Counted from the first letter of the stretch, positions 36,049 through 50,707 are shown. The stretch is 64,000 nucleotides of DNA from Tubulanus polymorphus (GCF_964204645.1 NC_134026.1:25144150-25208149); one strand, 5' to 3'. Notes: a model not told the origin generated them from the letters alone. A program made the numbers and translations.

Positions 36049-39000
36049 AGGTTTTGTATAGTTTCATTGAACATCAATTTCCCATTTTACATGATTATCA
36101 CACACAATAATATAGTCGCTCAGACTATATTATTGTGTGTGATAATCAATCATTGCATGGTAAGACTGTTCTTTTTTGTTTGAATTCTGTAATACTGATC
36201 CGTCATCTGATAGAATATAAGCTTGTCATTAATAATGTTGCCCAAAAGGAACATTAATTATATATTGGCCAAACTTGATGTTGTGTCCAGCCAAGATCAG
36301 ACATATTAGTTCATCGTAATACTCATATAGGCGTACATTTTATTTTTTCTTTTAAATTGTTATATCCCCTGAACAAAGTGGGCATGAGGGATATTGTGGT
36401 TTTGGCCATGTGCACAAAAAGTTTGTTTTACCATGATAACATCCAAGATGCCTGACTGGTGGGCCGCCTTTGATTCCAAAAATGTGCACTTAAAGTCTAT
36501 AACTGACAATTTATTTCATATAATTGCAATGATATCTTGTGAATTTATTAATTATTTTTCTTGCGAATCAATTAATGTACAGGGAATAACCACAGAGAAG
36601 CCAAATTACTAGTAGCAATCTGAAACAAAAACTAATGTTGATGCTGGACGCGGGCTTGTGAGGTTATTTTGAGGATGTCTGGGGGGATAAACATGTGTTC
36701 AACAAAGCGAACGCAAAACTCTAGGTTAACAGTTGTTTTGAAAACGTAAAAATAGTCATCATATGTAGTGAATTGTTCGATAGAACTCTTCACTCCTGTG
36801 GCAATATCGATGCTGTCATTCAATGCAGACTTTGAATTACAACGCATTGAATTCTTCCCGTGTAAAAGTGAATATTGTCGGAGCGCATGGCGTAATTTAT
36901 TCTATTAGATCTGAGCTATTTGATTGATGGTGCTGGATTTTGTAAAGGAATTTTTTAAGCCGATGCAATTTAGAAGGATATAAAGGGGCAGGTATATGAA
37001 CGCTCATTTTTCATCATTATGAAGTTTATATCCGCCTATGTACTTAAACGTACAGGTATGTTGAAAGCCTACTAATCTATGATGTGAATATCATATCGAG
37101 GCACCTATCTTTTGAAGCGCATTATCGTTTTATAGTATATAAACCAGTGTTTTACTATACCCATTCAAGGTGCACATTTTGTGTGATTTGATCATTGTCA
37201 CCTGGAATCTGTGTTTGATTCAATTTAGATAAATCTCCATTAGTGGATACTCTCGCTTTTAACTGATGACTGTCTTACAACGATTATATCAGCATCTGTC
37301 ATCTGGTGGCTTTTAGAGTAAGCGTGGCTGGATCATCCACCCCGCTGCTGTTCCGTGAGAAACGTATCTTTAATCTTCACCATGAAATGATATATCTAAG
37401 TGCATTTTCTCGGTATCTCTGTCACATGCCATCTGGTGTGACGTGATAGGGACTGCCTTCTGGCCCGTCAGTCTACTATGCCATTTTCAGATAGCGGGAT
37501 TGCCAGTTTGCTTGTACGCTCTACTTACTGTAACTAATGTTATGTTGCAAGAATCATATGATTGATTAGATGCTGTTTGAAAGATGCTCAGAGATTTATG
37601 CTTTGATAATGGTTATAAACAGCGATGTTTACCATTATGGAACCGATTAATTAGTCCATGGCAGATGGGATATGATATTGACCTAATTTTCATATGTTAC
37701 CGGATGATATTAATCCGGCCTAGCTTATTGTAGAGTACATCAGATTGGTCAATAAGCTCCTGGATAAAGGACTTCAAAAACTTGCCATGATATGTTTCCG
37801 TAATCAGTGACAACCATTTCACTTCATGTAATTATTTAAATTATTAAATAGATATTGTTAATGTGATAATGAAATTTTATTTGCATTGCATCGAATAACA
37901 AAGTGGTTTGATTTACGAGTAAATGAGCCGGATTTATAAGATGAATGAATATTTTATGCGGCAGAAGTTAATTGATTCATAAAACAATTAGTGTCTGCAA
38001 CAGAGACAATTTTGATATGCATGTCAATTGCTTCAACGCTATATCATCAATTCTCCACTACTTTCATTTGGCAAAATTGATTTGTTCTGACATGAAACAG
38101 CGAGGAATTTCCTTTTGCAGCTTTTTATGTTTCATTTAGTTTTAAGACAGCTTATGCGCAAAGCTGATGTTGATTTCCATTGATGTTTTAGGTTTTGATC
38201 TTAAACTTGTTGTCACTGCGTTTGTAATCAGGATATTTCTGACAGATTTTATATTAATTTATGGTACTCCTTTGATGCTAATTCCAAACTTCAAAACAGT
38301 AATAACTAGAAGTGGAAATAAGCTGATCTTGAAATTCATTTTACCAGAGTCTGAGTGGCTCCAAGTATTACGTGAGGGAGCTTGAACCTGTTGTGCGCCA
38401 TACAAGGACAAATGTCGCACTTTGTGGGGATTCAAATACACTTGCCAATTCTGCTACTAATGGAGAGGAACATGTTCTGGTTAGATTCAACAACGCTGTC
38501 AGTAGTATTCTGGTGGTTTGATGAGGAGAGACTTGTATCATTCCAGAATTCATAGCTGTAGGCAGATGATGTACCTGACACTTGGGTGACTCATCCCATG
38601 ATGAACAATGTCGAAGTTAGATATCATACCTGTACTGATCATTGTATATGTACTACTCGATTAACTGAATAAGGGAGATATCTGAAATTGAGATATCCTC
38701 CCAATACATTCATTATCCACGAAGACGTTAAACCCAGAATACCAAAAATATTTCGTAAATGCCAAACCACTATTTTCTCCCTCACTGACCATATTTTTGA
38801 TTTCTCTAATCAGTTAATCTACACTCGCTCTCATTTATTTTAAGGCCACATCATTGCGTAGGCTGTTATTCTAAAAAGAAACTCTTGATTTCACAGTGAA
38901 TTCCAATCTAGGCTTCTCCCCAAAATACATTTTCAAAAATTGCTCATAGCATACTCAAACTATCAAAATCCTCTTCATATTGTGGGTTTTTTTAATGAAG

Positions 39001-42000
39001 ATTTCCAGTCATTGAGATGTGCTGTGAATGACATAACCAGAATTAATAACCATACTGTACATGATGTAACAGAATCCTGATAGACAGTGTCCCTATTGGT
39101 TGTCCTTACTGGTTGTTCTGTTCTGTTACACAAATCATAGTTATTTCAATATTTGTATTGATGCCATCTAGTACGTCTATGCAGACATTAGGGAGGACTT
39201 AGGTTCCATTTTCGTCAGTGGTACCGATTATGAGGAATTCTCTATAGGTGGATAGATTCCCAGGATAAGTCCTTCCCAGTCTGCGGGTGGTCTTATAACC
39301 AATTGTCAATATTGTATGTACAATAAATGGTAGTTTGCTTCTGGAAAGAGGAAATCAATTGTCATCAAGTAGTTTTATATTGTTTATGAAACCCCTATCA
39401 TTGATTAGCTGTCCTATGATAGATACTTCATCTAGAACAAAGTTTCGTCACAAATACAGAACTTTATCTGTGTTATGAACAATTCATCATTACCTATTTC
39501 TCTTCCAAGAATTATGTAATACTTTGTACAGTTGAAATTAATTGTCATCATTGTGTTGAACTCACTCATCTCATGATGTTGCCAACGCCCAGAATTTCAT
39601 GTTAAGATGATTGTTGATAATATGCAGTTTTACGTGCTCCTTGTAACGGAACTAATGGAACTATAAAGATAGCCATATAGCGGGTAGGCGCCATTGAACA
39701 CATGAAGTGCATGATATATGGATTAATGATTAATTAATTCTTGACATAGTGGAGTTAGGAAATTTGAATTAACGCTAGGATAACCCAATCTTTATGTTGT
39801 TGTACCTCTTGAATTGAGAATTGATTTTAGAATCATTCAATGTTACATACTATTCATTCTTAATGTCCCTGATAGCCAGTATCTGTTCCCGACTTTGAAA
39901 CTATGGATGTCGTACAAATTGTTAGATTTACTCAACTTTCTCATAAAGTCAGATCATCATTGACACTATCAACAGACATTTAACTGTTCATTACCATGCG
40001 CCAGTTATCAATGTTTGACATGATAGAAAATGATAGATTAGTAGTCAGGAAACATGAAGGCAGTTGCTGTCATATTCAGTACTTTCATCCTTATCGAAGA
40101 ATGTTTTTCAATTGTGAAGTGTTTGATTAATCTGACAGTTTACCTTATGATGGATAAGTGAACTATGGATACCAGAAGGAATATGCCGCCGCTGGAATGG
40201 TAGACAAGATTTCTATCACTGTTGTGGCATGTGTCAAGCATTGAGGGAAGTGAAAAAAGTCAAATATAATTCAGCTGATCTGATCAATTTAAGTAACACA
40301 TTAGTAGTCGCAATCGTATTATTAGTATCCTATCACATTTAAAACAGTCTGTGCTATGAACGTAAATGAATTTCATTGTTGGGCTAGTGTCACCCAATTG
40401 CAGATCATCAAGAAATGTCGTGCGTTTGACTGATTCAATATAACATTTTTATTATCAACTTCTGTGGCAGCTGTCATCCAATATCAGTCGACATCAAATT
40501 ACCAATAAGATTTTTGATGATAACGAAATGACTGTAGGAAGATATGTACACCTAAAGATCGTAGATCTCGAGCATCTCGATCAGGCCAGTTATCGACTTT
40601 ATATCCATTGCTTGAGATTTACGTGTGTAGCATTCCATTTCAGTGATTATCATTTCAGTCAGGCTTCAGGCGAGCAACTAGGGTGATGTTCTAGTGCATT
40701 TGAATCGGTACCTTTCCATTGTTCTCGATCAGTCAAGAAGCTGCCAATGTCCATTACGCTCTTATAGTTTTCACTCGGCAACAGTTTCCTTACATTAACA
40801 CTCTGAAATGACCACATTCGCATTAATGCGCAGAGTCTGTCATTTTTTTCCTATCATGCATGAGTAAGCCACAAGTAGCATTCACCATGTTGGAAAAAGC
40901 CCCTTTTGGCTATTAGTGAGTGTATGTAGCTCGTAGCAAATGTGGCCTAGCTTGTGCTTTCACTTCGGAGATTATAGCAGTTTTTTATTTTACTTCTTGA
41001 AATGTTGCTCGGTATTATATTGTTTTTTGTTTCTTCAAGCGAGCTCAACATTTGTCGATTCAATTAATCCGTAAAGCCGGATTTCGCAAACAGCCTTAAT
41101 GAAATCGAATTAAAAGTGAGCTGCCGTTTCTTTAATCACTGTCAAGTGCACACGATTAATGATTAAAACTTTGCATTAGTGTAATTCCATCTTCGGATCA
41201 ACTATTGAACGATCATCGTTCTATTATTCGCATTAATTTCGCTGATATAATCTATTTGTGCATTCACGCCCATTCGCATTGGCATCTTTACGAGATGAGC
41301 GACTTCGAGAGTCAGTTTGCATCATCAATTCGCGTATGACTTTCAGATGAAGTGGCTGTACAGACATTGAGGTATCAACCAGTCCCATTAATTCGTCACC
41401 GTTAATGCAAGGAAAACCACAGTAAATACTAGAAAGTGGCTTATGAGTTGTCCTGAGTTTTTTTTATTATCCACTTGTCACCTGGTCAGTGATCGGATTT
41501 GTTGATATTGTTGCGTAGACCGGTAGATCACGCGCTACAAGTTCACCACTCCAGCATGACCTGTTGGAATAATAGCGAACGAACGAAACAACATCTGTCA
41601 CCATGGCAACAATAAATCCCTTATTCCGCGTGGCAGCAATAGTAGAGTAAAGCTGCGCTCACAACTACGATATTAGGTGAGCATATCATCAGTGTTTAAT
41701 GCATGATTGATGCAGAGGTCTTGATGAATATGGGAAGCGAAACCTTTACTTGTCAAGTCTTGACGATACGATAAAGGTGTATCTATTGCGCTGTCCAGCT
41801 GAAATTGGACACACGTGAATCTGTCAACCAAGTATTGACTCTTGTACGTAGATTTTAAGGCTGATTGCCTGTCACGATTGAAAGAAAAGTCTGTGACATC
41901 TCGGCGAGTTTGTCAATGCGATTATCACTCATACAATGGGATATGCAGATCGCTACTGATGAGTCTATCTTGTCACAGAGTGTTTGGCAAGATGCTATTT

Positions 42001-45000
42001 AGCATGCGAGTAATATTTTTTGAAAGAACAGTCAATAAGACTGTATTGATTGAAGTTTTATTTTACTGTGATATGTTCAGACCATTGAATGTGCTATTGA
42101 TTATTTTTGATATGAATATTAATGTTGTTCGCATGAAGTTTCATTTAGAAAAAAATTTTGCATAATTTTTGAATTTCGCACTTCAATAGACAATTGGCCA
42201 CCACACCTAATTTCCGAGAATGCGTAATACTAAATGACTGACTCTTTCAGCTCTTCTGTCTTTTAGATGTCCATGACAGTATCTGTTCTGGATCATGTTA
42301 CTAAATGGATTTCTAATGAAACATTATCGACTTTGTGAGCCAGTAGTAATGGAACATTGATTCGTTTCTTATACCTTTTTACGTGACATTCGAAAGTAAT
42401 TGGCACACACATTGGTCACTTATCTCTGCTTAAAATATCCAGTAAACAACACTTAATCATTGTCATGGCTTAGCTTTTTCCTATTTTGACATCTGATTTT
42501 TTAAAGCAATCTTTTTCCTATTGTGACATCCGATTCTGCAATTCAACAGAATTTTATTTTTGAAAAACTGATTTATTTCAATATGCTGAACAATTGACGA
42601 GGTATCTAGGGATTTCACAAATGTTGAGATAGATTGATAGTGAAGCTTGACGTAGTGAAATGCGCTGCAACTGATCAAATATTTATGTAATTTGGCTTAT
42701 TGCAGCCAGAGCGGCCGGGGATTATGTTAGACGCTAAATTATTTTGCAGAATCCTTTAGCTCCGATACTTATTGCCAATGCTCATGGGACAACCTTGATA
42801 TCTATGCTAATACATATTTCAAGACTGGGACTGGATGTACACAGTCAGAGTGTAGCATATATTTTACCGGCATATCCATAGCAATCCCAAAACTATTACA
42901 GAAAAATGTTAAATTGAATAATTATGATAAATTAGCGGCAGAAATATGTTGTTTTTACTAGATTTTTATGTTGAGATACTGATACTGTACTCATACTGTT
43001 TGTACTAAATTCTCAAATGAAACATTAGCAAATAGTCGGCATCCTATTAATGTGGTGAAAGTTGAGTTAGCATCACATTTTCTCACAAGACACCAGTGAT
43101 GGATTGATTTTTTTGTCGGTCTTCAGGGATATGCAAAAGCATTCCTCTGTATCAAATCTTTCATATGGATACCAGAAAAAATACTTCAAACTTTGTGCAG
43201 TAATTTTTTAAGTGTTTCGTGCTAAATTGTTTGACTGCAGTTCTTGATGTATTTGTGAGATGTCTTCAATATGTCTTCAAAGTGCACGCTAAGGCAATCA
43301 TCTAGCCGTCATGCAATTCATATATATTAAGTAAATCGAACACTAAAATAGACACCATGGAGAAATTGATGCACTAACTTTCTAACAGAATAATTCCCAT
43401 AGCTGTCATTCAGAAATCATAAAACTAGAGCACTTTCTCCACGCACAATGTGGAACTGAGAGTTAGGGGAATGGACAGAAACCTTCTATCGCTACTGTAG
43501 TTCTCATTTGTTTAGTAACTCAGTAAATATTTTGCGATGGAATTTAGAAATGGAACATTTTTTCACGCTACAATCCGCTCGCCTATCATTAAACTTGCGT
43601 GTGGTTCTATGAAACCCATTCATTCCCTTCGATCAATATCTCAACCGTGACATGATTTGCTCTTTATCTATAAATCTTTTGCACAGGTATATGCATTAAT
43701 CCCATTAGCTATTTCAATTATCATCTTTTTCAGTACCATTAGCTCTGATAAAGCGCTATTATCTAGAATCTTGTAAGTAAATTAAATTGTTTTTATTGTC
43801 TCTTTTTTAGGATTGCTGAAAGACTTTCTGCGAGAACTTCCTGAACCACTATTTACCAGTACATTGTATGATATGCTGCTTGACTCGATGAGAGTTTGGT
43901 CAACTGAAGATGCTGGCTGTTCAAAATTAATCGGAGGATTCATAGACTGTCTTCCTAAAGTTAACCAGGTACGACGTGTTCATGGAGTCATTTTTAAAAC
44001 CAGCACCTTGTTGTACAGTGAAGGGAGTGTTTAATTCTGAAGCCTGTATTGTTCGTTTAGAAAGCTCTGAAGCCAAAAATGTGATGTATCTCATCTTTTT
44101 GCTCTGCGCGTCAAAGCCGTCGGTTTATTGAACATCATATCACGATAGTCACGTTATATTTTCAACTGTCTAATGAAATGAAAACGCTTTCAATAAACAC
44201 AGTGGGACTATCATCTGGGGACTAGTTTGAAGTTGTTTGCTAAATACACTGTTTTATATTGCCAGTCCCAGTTGGCTCTTGAATCAATGAATCTCTCACA
44301 TCCACTTGATTTCTTGCTTTCTCAATTAGCGACTGAAAGCAAAATTCCATCCATCCAGTGAACGAACTGGTTATGTACAGGGGTTTATTTGATGTATGCG
44401 GCGTGTTAGTGCATGAATCATAATAATGTAACTGATTTGAACGATTGAACTGTTTTCTATCTAATATTTGCTAAAATTCGAAATTATGTTAAGAAAAAGA
44501 ATAATGAAAATATTCTACAGCTTTCGTTAGATGGTTGTCTTCAGCAACTTCCAAATAATTCCAATTAGCTTTCTTATCATTTCCCATAACAAATGGTTGT
44601 ACTTGTACATTATGTACATTCTATATCTGTTGATTTCTATTTTTTGGGCACTACACAGCAAAGCTAAATGCAGTATTCAATCCATATATATTGCTATGTG
44701 CTCTACAGATAAATCTTATTGACTATCAACTGCTGTTTAGAAAAAAACTAATTTAGTCATAAATGCTGATGTTGCGATGACAGATTGGCCAAGAAAACAT
44801 ATCTCAGGCAGTTTTCATTCGAACTCAATATTTTTTAGTCATCACCGTGGGAAAATTGGCCAATTAGACAACATGTCCATGATTTGCAGCGAATGCTTAT
44901 CGATTTTTTACAACCATCATTATAAAAGATATTTTGTTCCCTCAAGGCTGGTCAAAAATGTGCAATGCTTTCATATACTGATTGACTGACGAGAATATTT

Positions 45001-46918
45001 GACTCGTCGTATCAAATTTCTGTAGAAATTTATTTTTGGCTCTTTAGAAAATCATGACTATTCCAATTGGGCGTTTTGATTTCTTGATTTCTGATGCACC
45101 AGGTATGAGGTAAAATTTGACTGTATACCCATCAAATGATTTTCTCTTTGACAAAACGATAGTCAGTGAGCCCTGAATATCGCATTATCACCTACGTGTG
45201 TGTCTCGCCTCTGCGGATTTCCTTTCATATGTACTTTCCTTAATATTGATTCATGTTCTTTGACTTTGCATCGTTTACCGCTTTCAACCCCCGTCATTAC
45301 CTTCTGAGCTGGGCAACACAATTAGGATTTTTTACAGGATGGATCATGTTGATCCCTCGGCTTTGCGAAACAATTATTGGAAAATGGTTGAATTTCTTTC
45401 ACATCACAATCGCTAAAGGTCGATGTCGATTAATTCAAAGGAAGTTCAATGTATTGATGATTATATTAACCAGTGGAAGGGCTAATTTAATTCTACCTTT
45501 GAATAAAAATCATCATAAAAAGACAGTGAATCAATCTTTGAATTCAACAATTTTTAAAGCCTGAAGTGAGATATGGGTTAGGTGTTGCCAAACTTTGCTT
45601 TATAAAATATGCACAAGCATACTTGACTATTTGCACATGCGCTCCTACAATATACAATCAAACCTCACATTGCCTGTGCAGATCATGATTTTTATTCAGT
45701 TAAGTTATTTGACTCCGAAAGGTAGTTAATACAGAAGATATTGTATTGTGTGAGGATGGTTTTGAAGCAAATATTGATTTAAGACGAAGGCAATAATATT
45801 GTATTAGCCTGAATCTCTGAACAAAGATATTATTGAAGTACATGCATAGGATAGGTTATGTTTTGATCTAAATTTTTATTTTTAGGATACAATGGTGACG
45901 TTGATAAATCATCTGAAAAGGGTGATGATGAAAAGTGACGTAAATAAGATGACATCTCATAACCTTGCAATCTGTTTTGGTCCTGTGCTAATGTGTCCTG
46001 CTCCTACAAGTGCTACAGATATTCAGTCCCCTTTTGACATTGGGAAACAGATTCAGGCTCTTAAGTTTTTGCTTGATATTTGGCCCGAAGGAAAAGGTAA
46101 TAAGTTCATCCAGCGTAAATGATACCTATCTATGTCTATTGGCTTTATCATTTGTCTAGCATTTTAGGGTGAAAATAATAGGAACCTCTGTCAAAATATA
46201 TTGCGGCCATTGTGGAACTCTTTTTGTTACATTTCTAGATTCACAGCATGCTCGAATTGAACGCAGTAAATCAATGGAAAGAGCAGTTGAAAAATCTGGT
46301 TCCCCAAAACATTCACAAACTAGTGGTTCACCAAAGATTTCCCCGCGTTTGCCGAAAAAAGAATTGAGCTCTACCAGCACAGGTCCATCACACAGTAAAT
46401 CCGGTGATGCAATATATGCCGAACCGAAACATCGAAGCGTTGAGGAGTCTGAACGGTTGTACATGGAACGAGAATTGAGATTGCGACATGAACAGATGAA
46501 AGGAAGACTAGATATAGATCAAAAACAGTCAGATCGTCGAGATCGTAGCTTGCAACGACATGATTATGACCGCGAATCACGGACTAGAGAAAAGACATAT
46601 GACGACAGGCGATCAAGCTCTCATGAGCCATCTTACGCCGAGGTACGTCGCAGTAAACCACCAGATGCTGTTGAGCAGCGAGGATGTCCAGATGGTGGCG
46701 GAGCATCTGTTTCGTCATCAGCTTCTACTACTGAAAAGGACTTGCGGTCGAAGCAGAAAGACTTATTTGCCGAACTGAAACATAAACAGGATTTCGAGTC
46801 CCGAAAAACAAAGCAAGATGAAGGTAAACCAAAAGTACCACCAAAGCCACCGCCAAAACCATCTCACTATAGGCAGCCATCGTCGGAATTCAAATTTCGT
46901 GATCAAAAGCTATCCTGA
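29174..46918 (+). CDS. Syd-1: Syd-1 / RhoGAP100F / SYDE-family Rho GTPase-activating protein (PDZ, C2, RhoGAP)
   Basis: Exons 29174-30551, 34361-35485, 43811-43968, 45886-46096, 46239-46918. PDZ (KRPGQTLGFYIREGNG...VFISRI), C2 (LRDLYCIVEIDTVNKART), RhoGAP (GIYRLCGS with Arg finger, LKDFLRELPEPL, NKMTSHNLAICFGPVL). An upstream exon ending at about 28317 (GAG|GTAGGC) is probably 5' UTR or an N-terminal extension. Confidence 0.93.
31852..32150. mobile_element. Foldback/MITE-like repeat (GGCCCGGGCCAAATTT subrepeats), copy 1, in a Syd-1 intron
   Basis: Shares CGAGCCTGATCCGTGCCAATTTGGCC and GGACCAGGCC..AGCCAAATTTTAGCAC with 61540-61708; degenerate inverted ends. Confidence 0.65.
36003..36045. repeat. 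(TA)n microsatellite
   Basis: Pure TA run. Confidence 0.95.
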
Positions 46919-49900
46919 TAGGTTTTCTTCATTTTAGTATTTTCTTATCTCAACCATTGTCGTTAATTTTTCAGTTGATCAAGCTGATTGTATTTAGTCT
47001 CTACGAAATCAACTTGAATGATCACAGGTTATTTTTCATATCCAATTTCTATTGATTTCGAATTTTTGGGATGACTAAGAATTTTATTTAATTCAATAAC
47101 AATGTGTTGCTGCATTAATGCGTTACCACAACACTGTCCCTATGGATGAAAATCACTACATTTATTTCTATCTGGGAGCTTTTTAGACCATAAATGCTTG
47201 TTTACTTTTGGTTGTATGATATTGTTATAGGTTAGGAACATATCACGTTATCGATCATTGTTAGATTATATATTGACAAGAATTTGTACATACAGTACAT
47301 TTGTGTGTGTGTGTGTGCGTGCGCAATGTTTTGTATTTCACATACTTTCATGGCAATAAGTGAACTTAGGTTTTGAAAATGTCTTGAATTAAAAGGGAAA
47401 TATTAGTGTGATGCATGTTTTTATACCTGAAGTCAGTAATAAAAACCATCGGGAATTTGACTCAACTCAGGGATCCATGATTGCAACATCTTAAAACATG
47501 CTATAATAAACATGTTATATCATGTTTCATGTGTCAACAACATAACAGTCAGAGGGAGAATGTATTTCTTTCTTTGATTATAATTTCTAAGAAATTTCTT
47601 GAAAGTTTTGATGTAGTCTATTATTGTGTACTGCAGTTGCAAGATTTATGATCGGCAAATCATTTATATAATAATTAGAGGTTTTTGATAATGATCAAGT
47701 CCTGTAAACTTTATCCAAACTACTTGAGCTAAAACGAGTGTGGTTAGTTTTATGCTGTATTCTAGAAAAGGGGAAAGTCTCATAATTCAGTGACAGTGAT
47801 CTGTATCAGCTCTGGCTTATTGCTGCATTCTCTGAGGACCAGAGTCTTTAGTGGGATTGTGCTAATGGTGTTCAGTCTGAAAGCGTGATCAAAGCTCACA
47901 CATACCCATACATTCTTGTACCCGTCAACACCACTCCTTCACTTAAAAGTTTCTGACTAATATTTTTCATCGCATAATTGAAGTGACTCAATATACATTG
48001 TGGTCAATTGGTTTTTGCCCTCTTAAATGTGGTATGACATAAAGAAGGATACAAAAATTTATGCAGCTATTTGTTTGAGCTTTCAAAATATTTGTATGTA
48101 ATAAGTAATTGATTTCGTATGGCAGACCTTTCTGTGGCCGTCAATTCGCTTCTACATGAGATTTTTTAGTACTTTCTTTACCCTTGGTTTATTCTAGCAC
48201 TAGGCTTATATTCATCCCCACTATCATTCTAATGAGGCAAATGTAATCACTGAGTGGCATGTCGCACACTGCTGACATCTATTGGAACATCACTTAATGT
48301 TAGAAAGATATTAGAATAATGTTTAATTCATTCTGGACATAATTTTGATCCATTGGATGATTTATTAAGAGAGTCAGTGTTATTGGGCAGTACATCGAAT
48401 GGACTCATTAGCAAATTGACAAATTTTCTTCATTCTAAAAATTCAGTTAAATCTTAAGTTTTTAATTTTAGGATTGAAACTTACTTTGTATTTTTGTATA
48501 TGTCTCCTGAAAAATGATCTCACGTATTTACTTTTGCTATGTAATAAATGTACAATATTTGATTGTAAAATCTAAATTTATGAAAAATAGTTGTTATGAT
48601 ATCTAATGTTTTTGCTCTAGAGAAATTTTATCATGCCAATGTCATGTAAATATGTATAACACATTGACAGAAACTAGGTTTTCCGTTATTAGACTGTAAC
48701 TGTAGACCAATGATATATGTGGACAGGATTATTCTCCACTGCCATTGGACAGAATTTCTGATTAGTCGGGCATTATGATGTGGTAATAACATAATTTTTT
48801 TGGGAAATAAAGACCATTTCTCTAGAAAGGCATGATAGGTAGATGTATCTTAAGGCCAATCTACATATGTAAAAAAGCTGGCTTTTTTGGAGCTGTCTTT
48901 CTCCAGGTCTGTATTTAGAACTGTGCATCTTCATGATCAACTTGATAAATTGCTGACATGTAAATAGTGAACCTGGTGATTGCTGGAGGACTGATTGCCT
49001 ATAACTAGGATGCACTACTGCTTAGAAGACAGAACCAGTGTGATAATGATGAATATGAAACATGATGGAACCGCTTTTTCTATGAAGGCTCATAAACACA
49101 AGTTTTTTTGTTAAGAGCAACCTTTTGGGGCCTAGTCATGAATTTGCCCCAAAGGAGCCAGCTTTTAGAAAGGTTACTACAATAAATGCGGCACTTTATG
49201 GATTGTTTTCTCATGTAGATGCAAAATGCAGGATTTTCTTGTGTAGATTGGCCTCTACTGTACGTTAATATTCCTGGGGTTGTTGTTGCATTTTCAAACA
49301 GAAATTTTAGCATAGTCTTTTTTCAAAGATATTTTACCCCGGTGCTTGAAAATTGATCTTTGCTTTTGTTGTTCAGTTTTATCTTTCTAGTCAAGTTATA
49401 ATGAATTTCATTACACTTTTATCATTGTTTTCTGTTGTTTACATTTTATCAAATGAGTATCAATATCCCATGCATATATGGAATATACATGAATCAATCA
49501 TAAGTGTAGTTTTACATTTACATGTATTTTTTTGGTGCTACGTTATAAATCATTTTATTTATAGCAGCCTAGTGAAAATCTTCTATTTCATGATCATCAC
49601 TAACGTGTACTTGGGTAGAATGTTACATTAACTTCAGTGGAATCCAACTCTTATGTAGACATTTCAATGAAAAATGGGATTTGAACCAGACCAATTTCCA
49701 CGCAGGTTCATTAGTGGAGGTTCTAATATTAAAAGTTTTATCTACAGAAGCGGCATTAGTAGAATTTTGTAGAAATTCTGTTTTAAATAATTATTTATAG
49801 GTAACTTGATAATGCTGTTGAATATTAAAGGTTGTAGCCTTATTTCCCTACACTCTCAGTATACATGATTTTTTCTGGGAATGTATGAATTATGGTATAG

Positions 49901-50518
49901 TTATTACTAGTTAACTGGTTTATGGTGAAATTATAGTGAAGATATGTTAACTCTGCATTAGCTGTAAAAACTTTATTATTTTAATTGTTAATGAAAATAT
50001 GAAAAAATAGCTAAATATTTTATTGCTCCTGAGTGAATGAGCCTATTTGTGTGTATATGTTATGCATTCCTCAAAAATAGTAATCGAAATTTGTTCTAGC
50101 AAAAATTGAAAATAAAGAATATTCTCAGTGGTGGAAATTTGGATGTGTTTAATTTTTTATCTGGTGTCGTTGAATTAGTGCTCTGACTCAATTGTTCAAG
50201 AATAAATCAATGAGGTTTCCTGGCTAGGAAATCATAACATCGGGAGGTACTTGACACTATTGATAAAATGATATGGTACCATACGCGTGCATATGTTTGA
50301 TTAGAACACATCAATATATTACAATATAATTGGCATTAATGATGGCGGACATAGGCTGGAAAGAGTACACATATGACGAGGATTATGACGAATCTGTCCC
50401 ATTAAGGTTTGTGGAAGTAAGTAAACGATGAGTTCTGTTTATCTTTAATTTATTCAGCACTACCCGATAGATCCTACAACTTATTTTTGGAGAGACTTGG
50501 CTAATTGCTGTGCTAATA

Positions 50519-50707
50519 CAGTGGAACCTCGTTTAATAACGAACTCGGATTCAACGATTCACCGGATATAACAAATATAGAATTTCATCCCACGTATAAA
50601 AATGTAATTATTAATTTCATACTGGATCGGAATCGGTTACAACCACGAACATATTTTCGGGTCCCGTGACTGGTAAGTTCCGTGGGTCGCTGTAGCCGGT
50701 TCCACTG
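50519..50707. mobile_element. Tc1/mariner (pogo/Tigger-like) MITE
   Basis: TA-CAGTGGAACC ... GGTTCCACTG-TA: perfect 10-bp TIR ends with TA TSD. Confidence 0.8.

Noticed and set aside
35980-36183. ORFs with IYIYIY runs (also 58634-59254 and the antisense ORFs there)
   Set aside because: Translation of (TA)n microsatellites.
36360-36410. TTATATCCCC...GGGATAT as a second HINE 5' end (and GGGGTCA repeats near 33725-33770)
   Set aside because: Too degenerate, and no matching 3' subterminal repeat was found.
38349-38385. Alternative terminal exon of Syd-1 (ESEWLQVLREGA*)
   Set aside because: Only an acceptor-like site and a short open frame; expected by chance in an 8-kb intron.
40104-43177. Shared 14-mer TATGGATACCAGAA at two intronic sites
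   Set aside because: Several 14-mer matches are expected by chance in 64 kb of AT-rich DNA, and the match does not extend.
46916-46921. Stop-codon readthrough at Syd-1 or the other genes
   Set aside because: Syd-1 ends TGA TAG, and none of the stop codons has a UGA-CUAG-type context.
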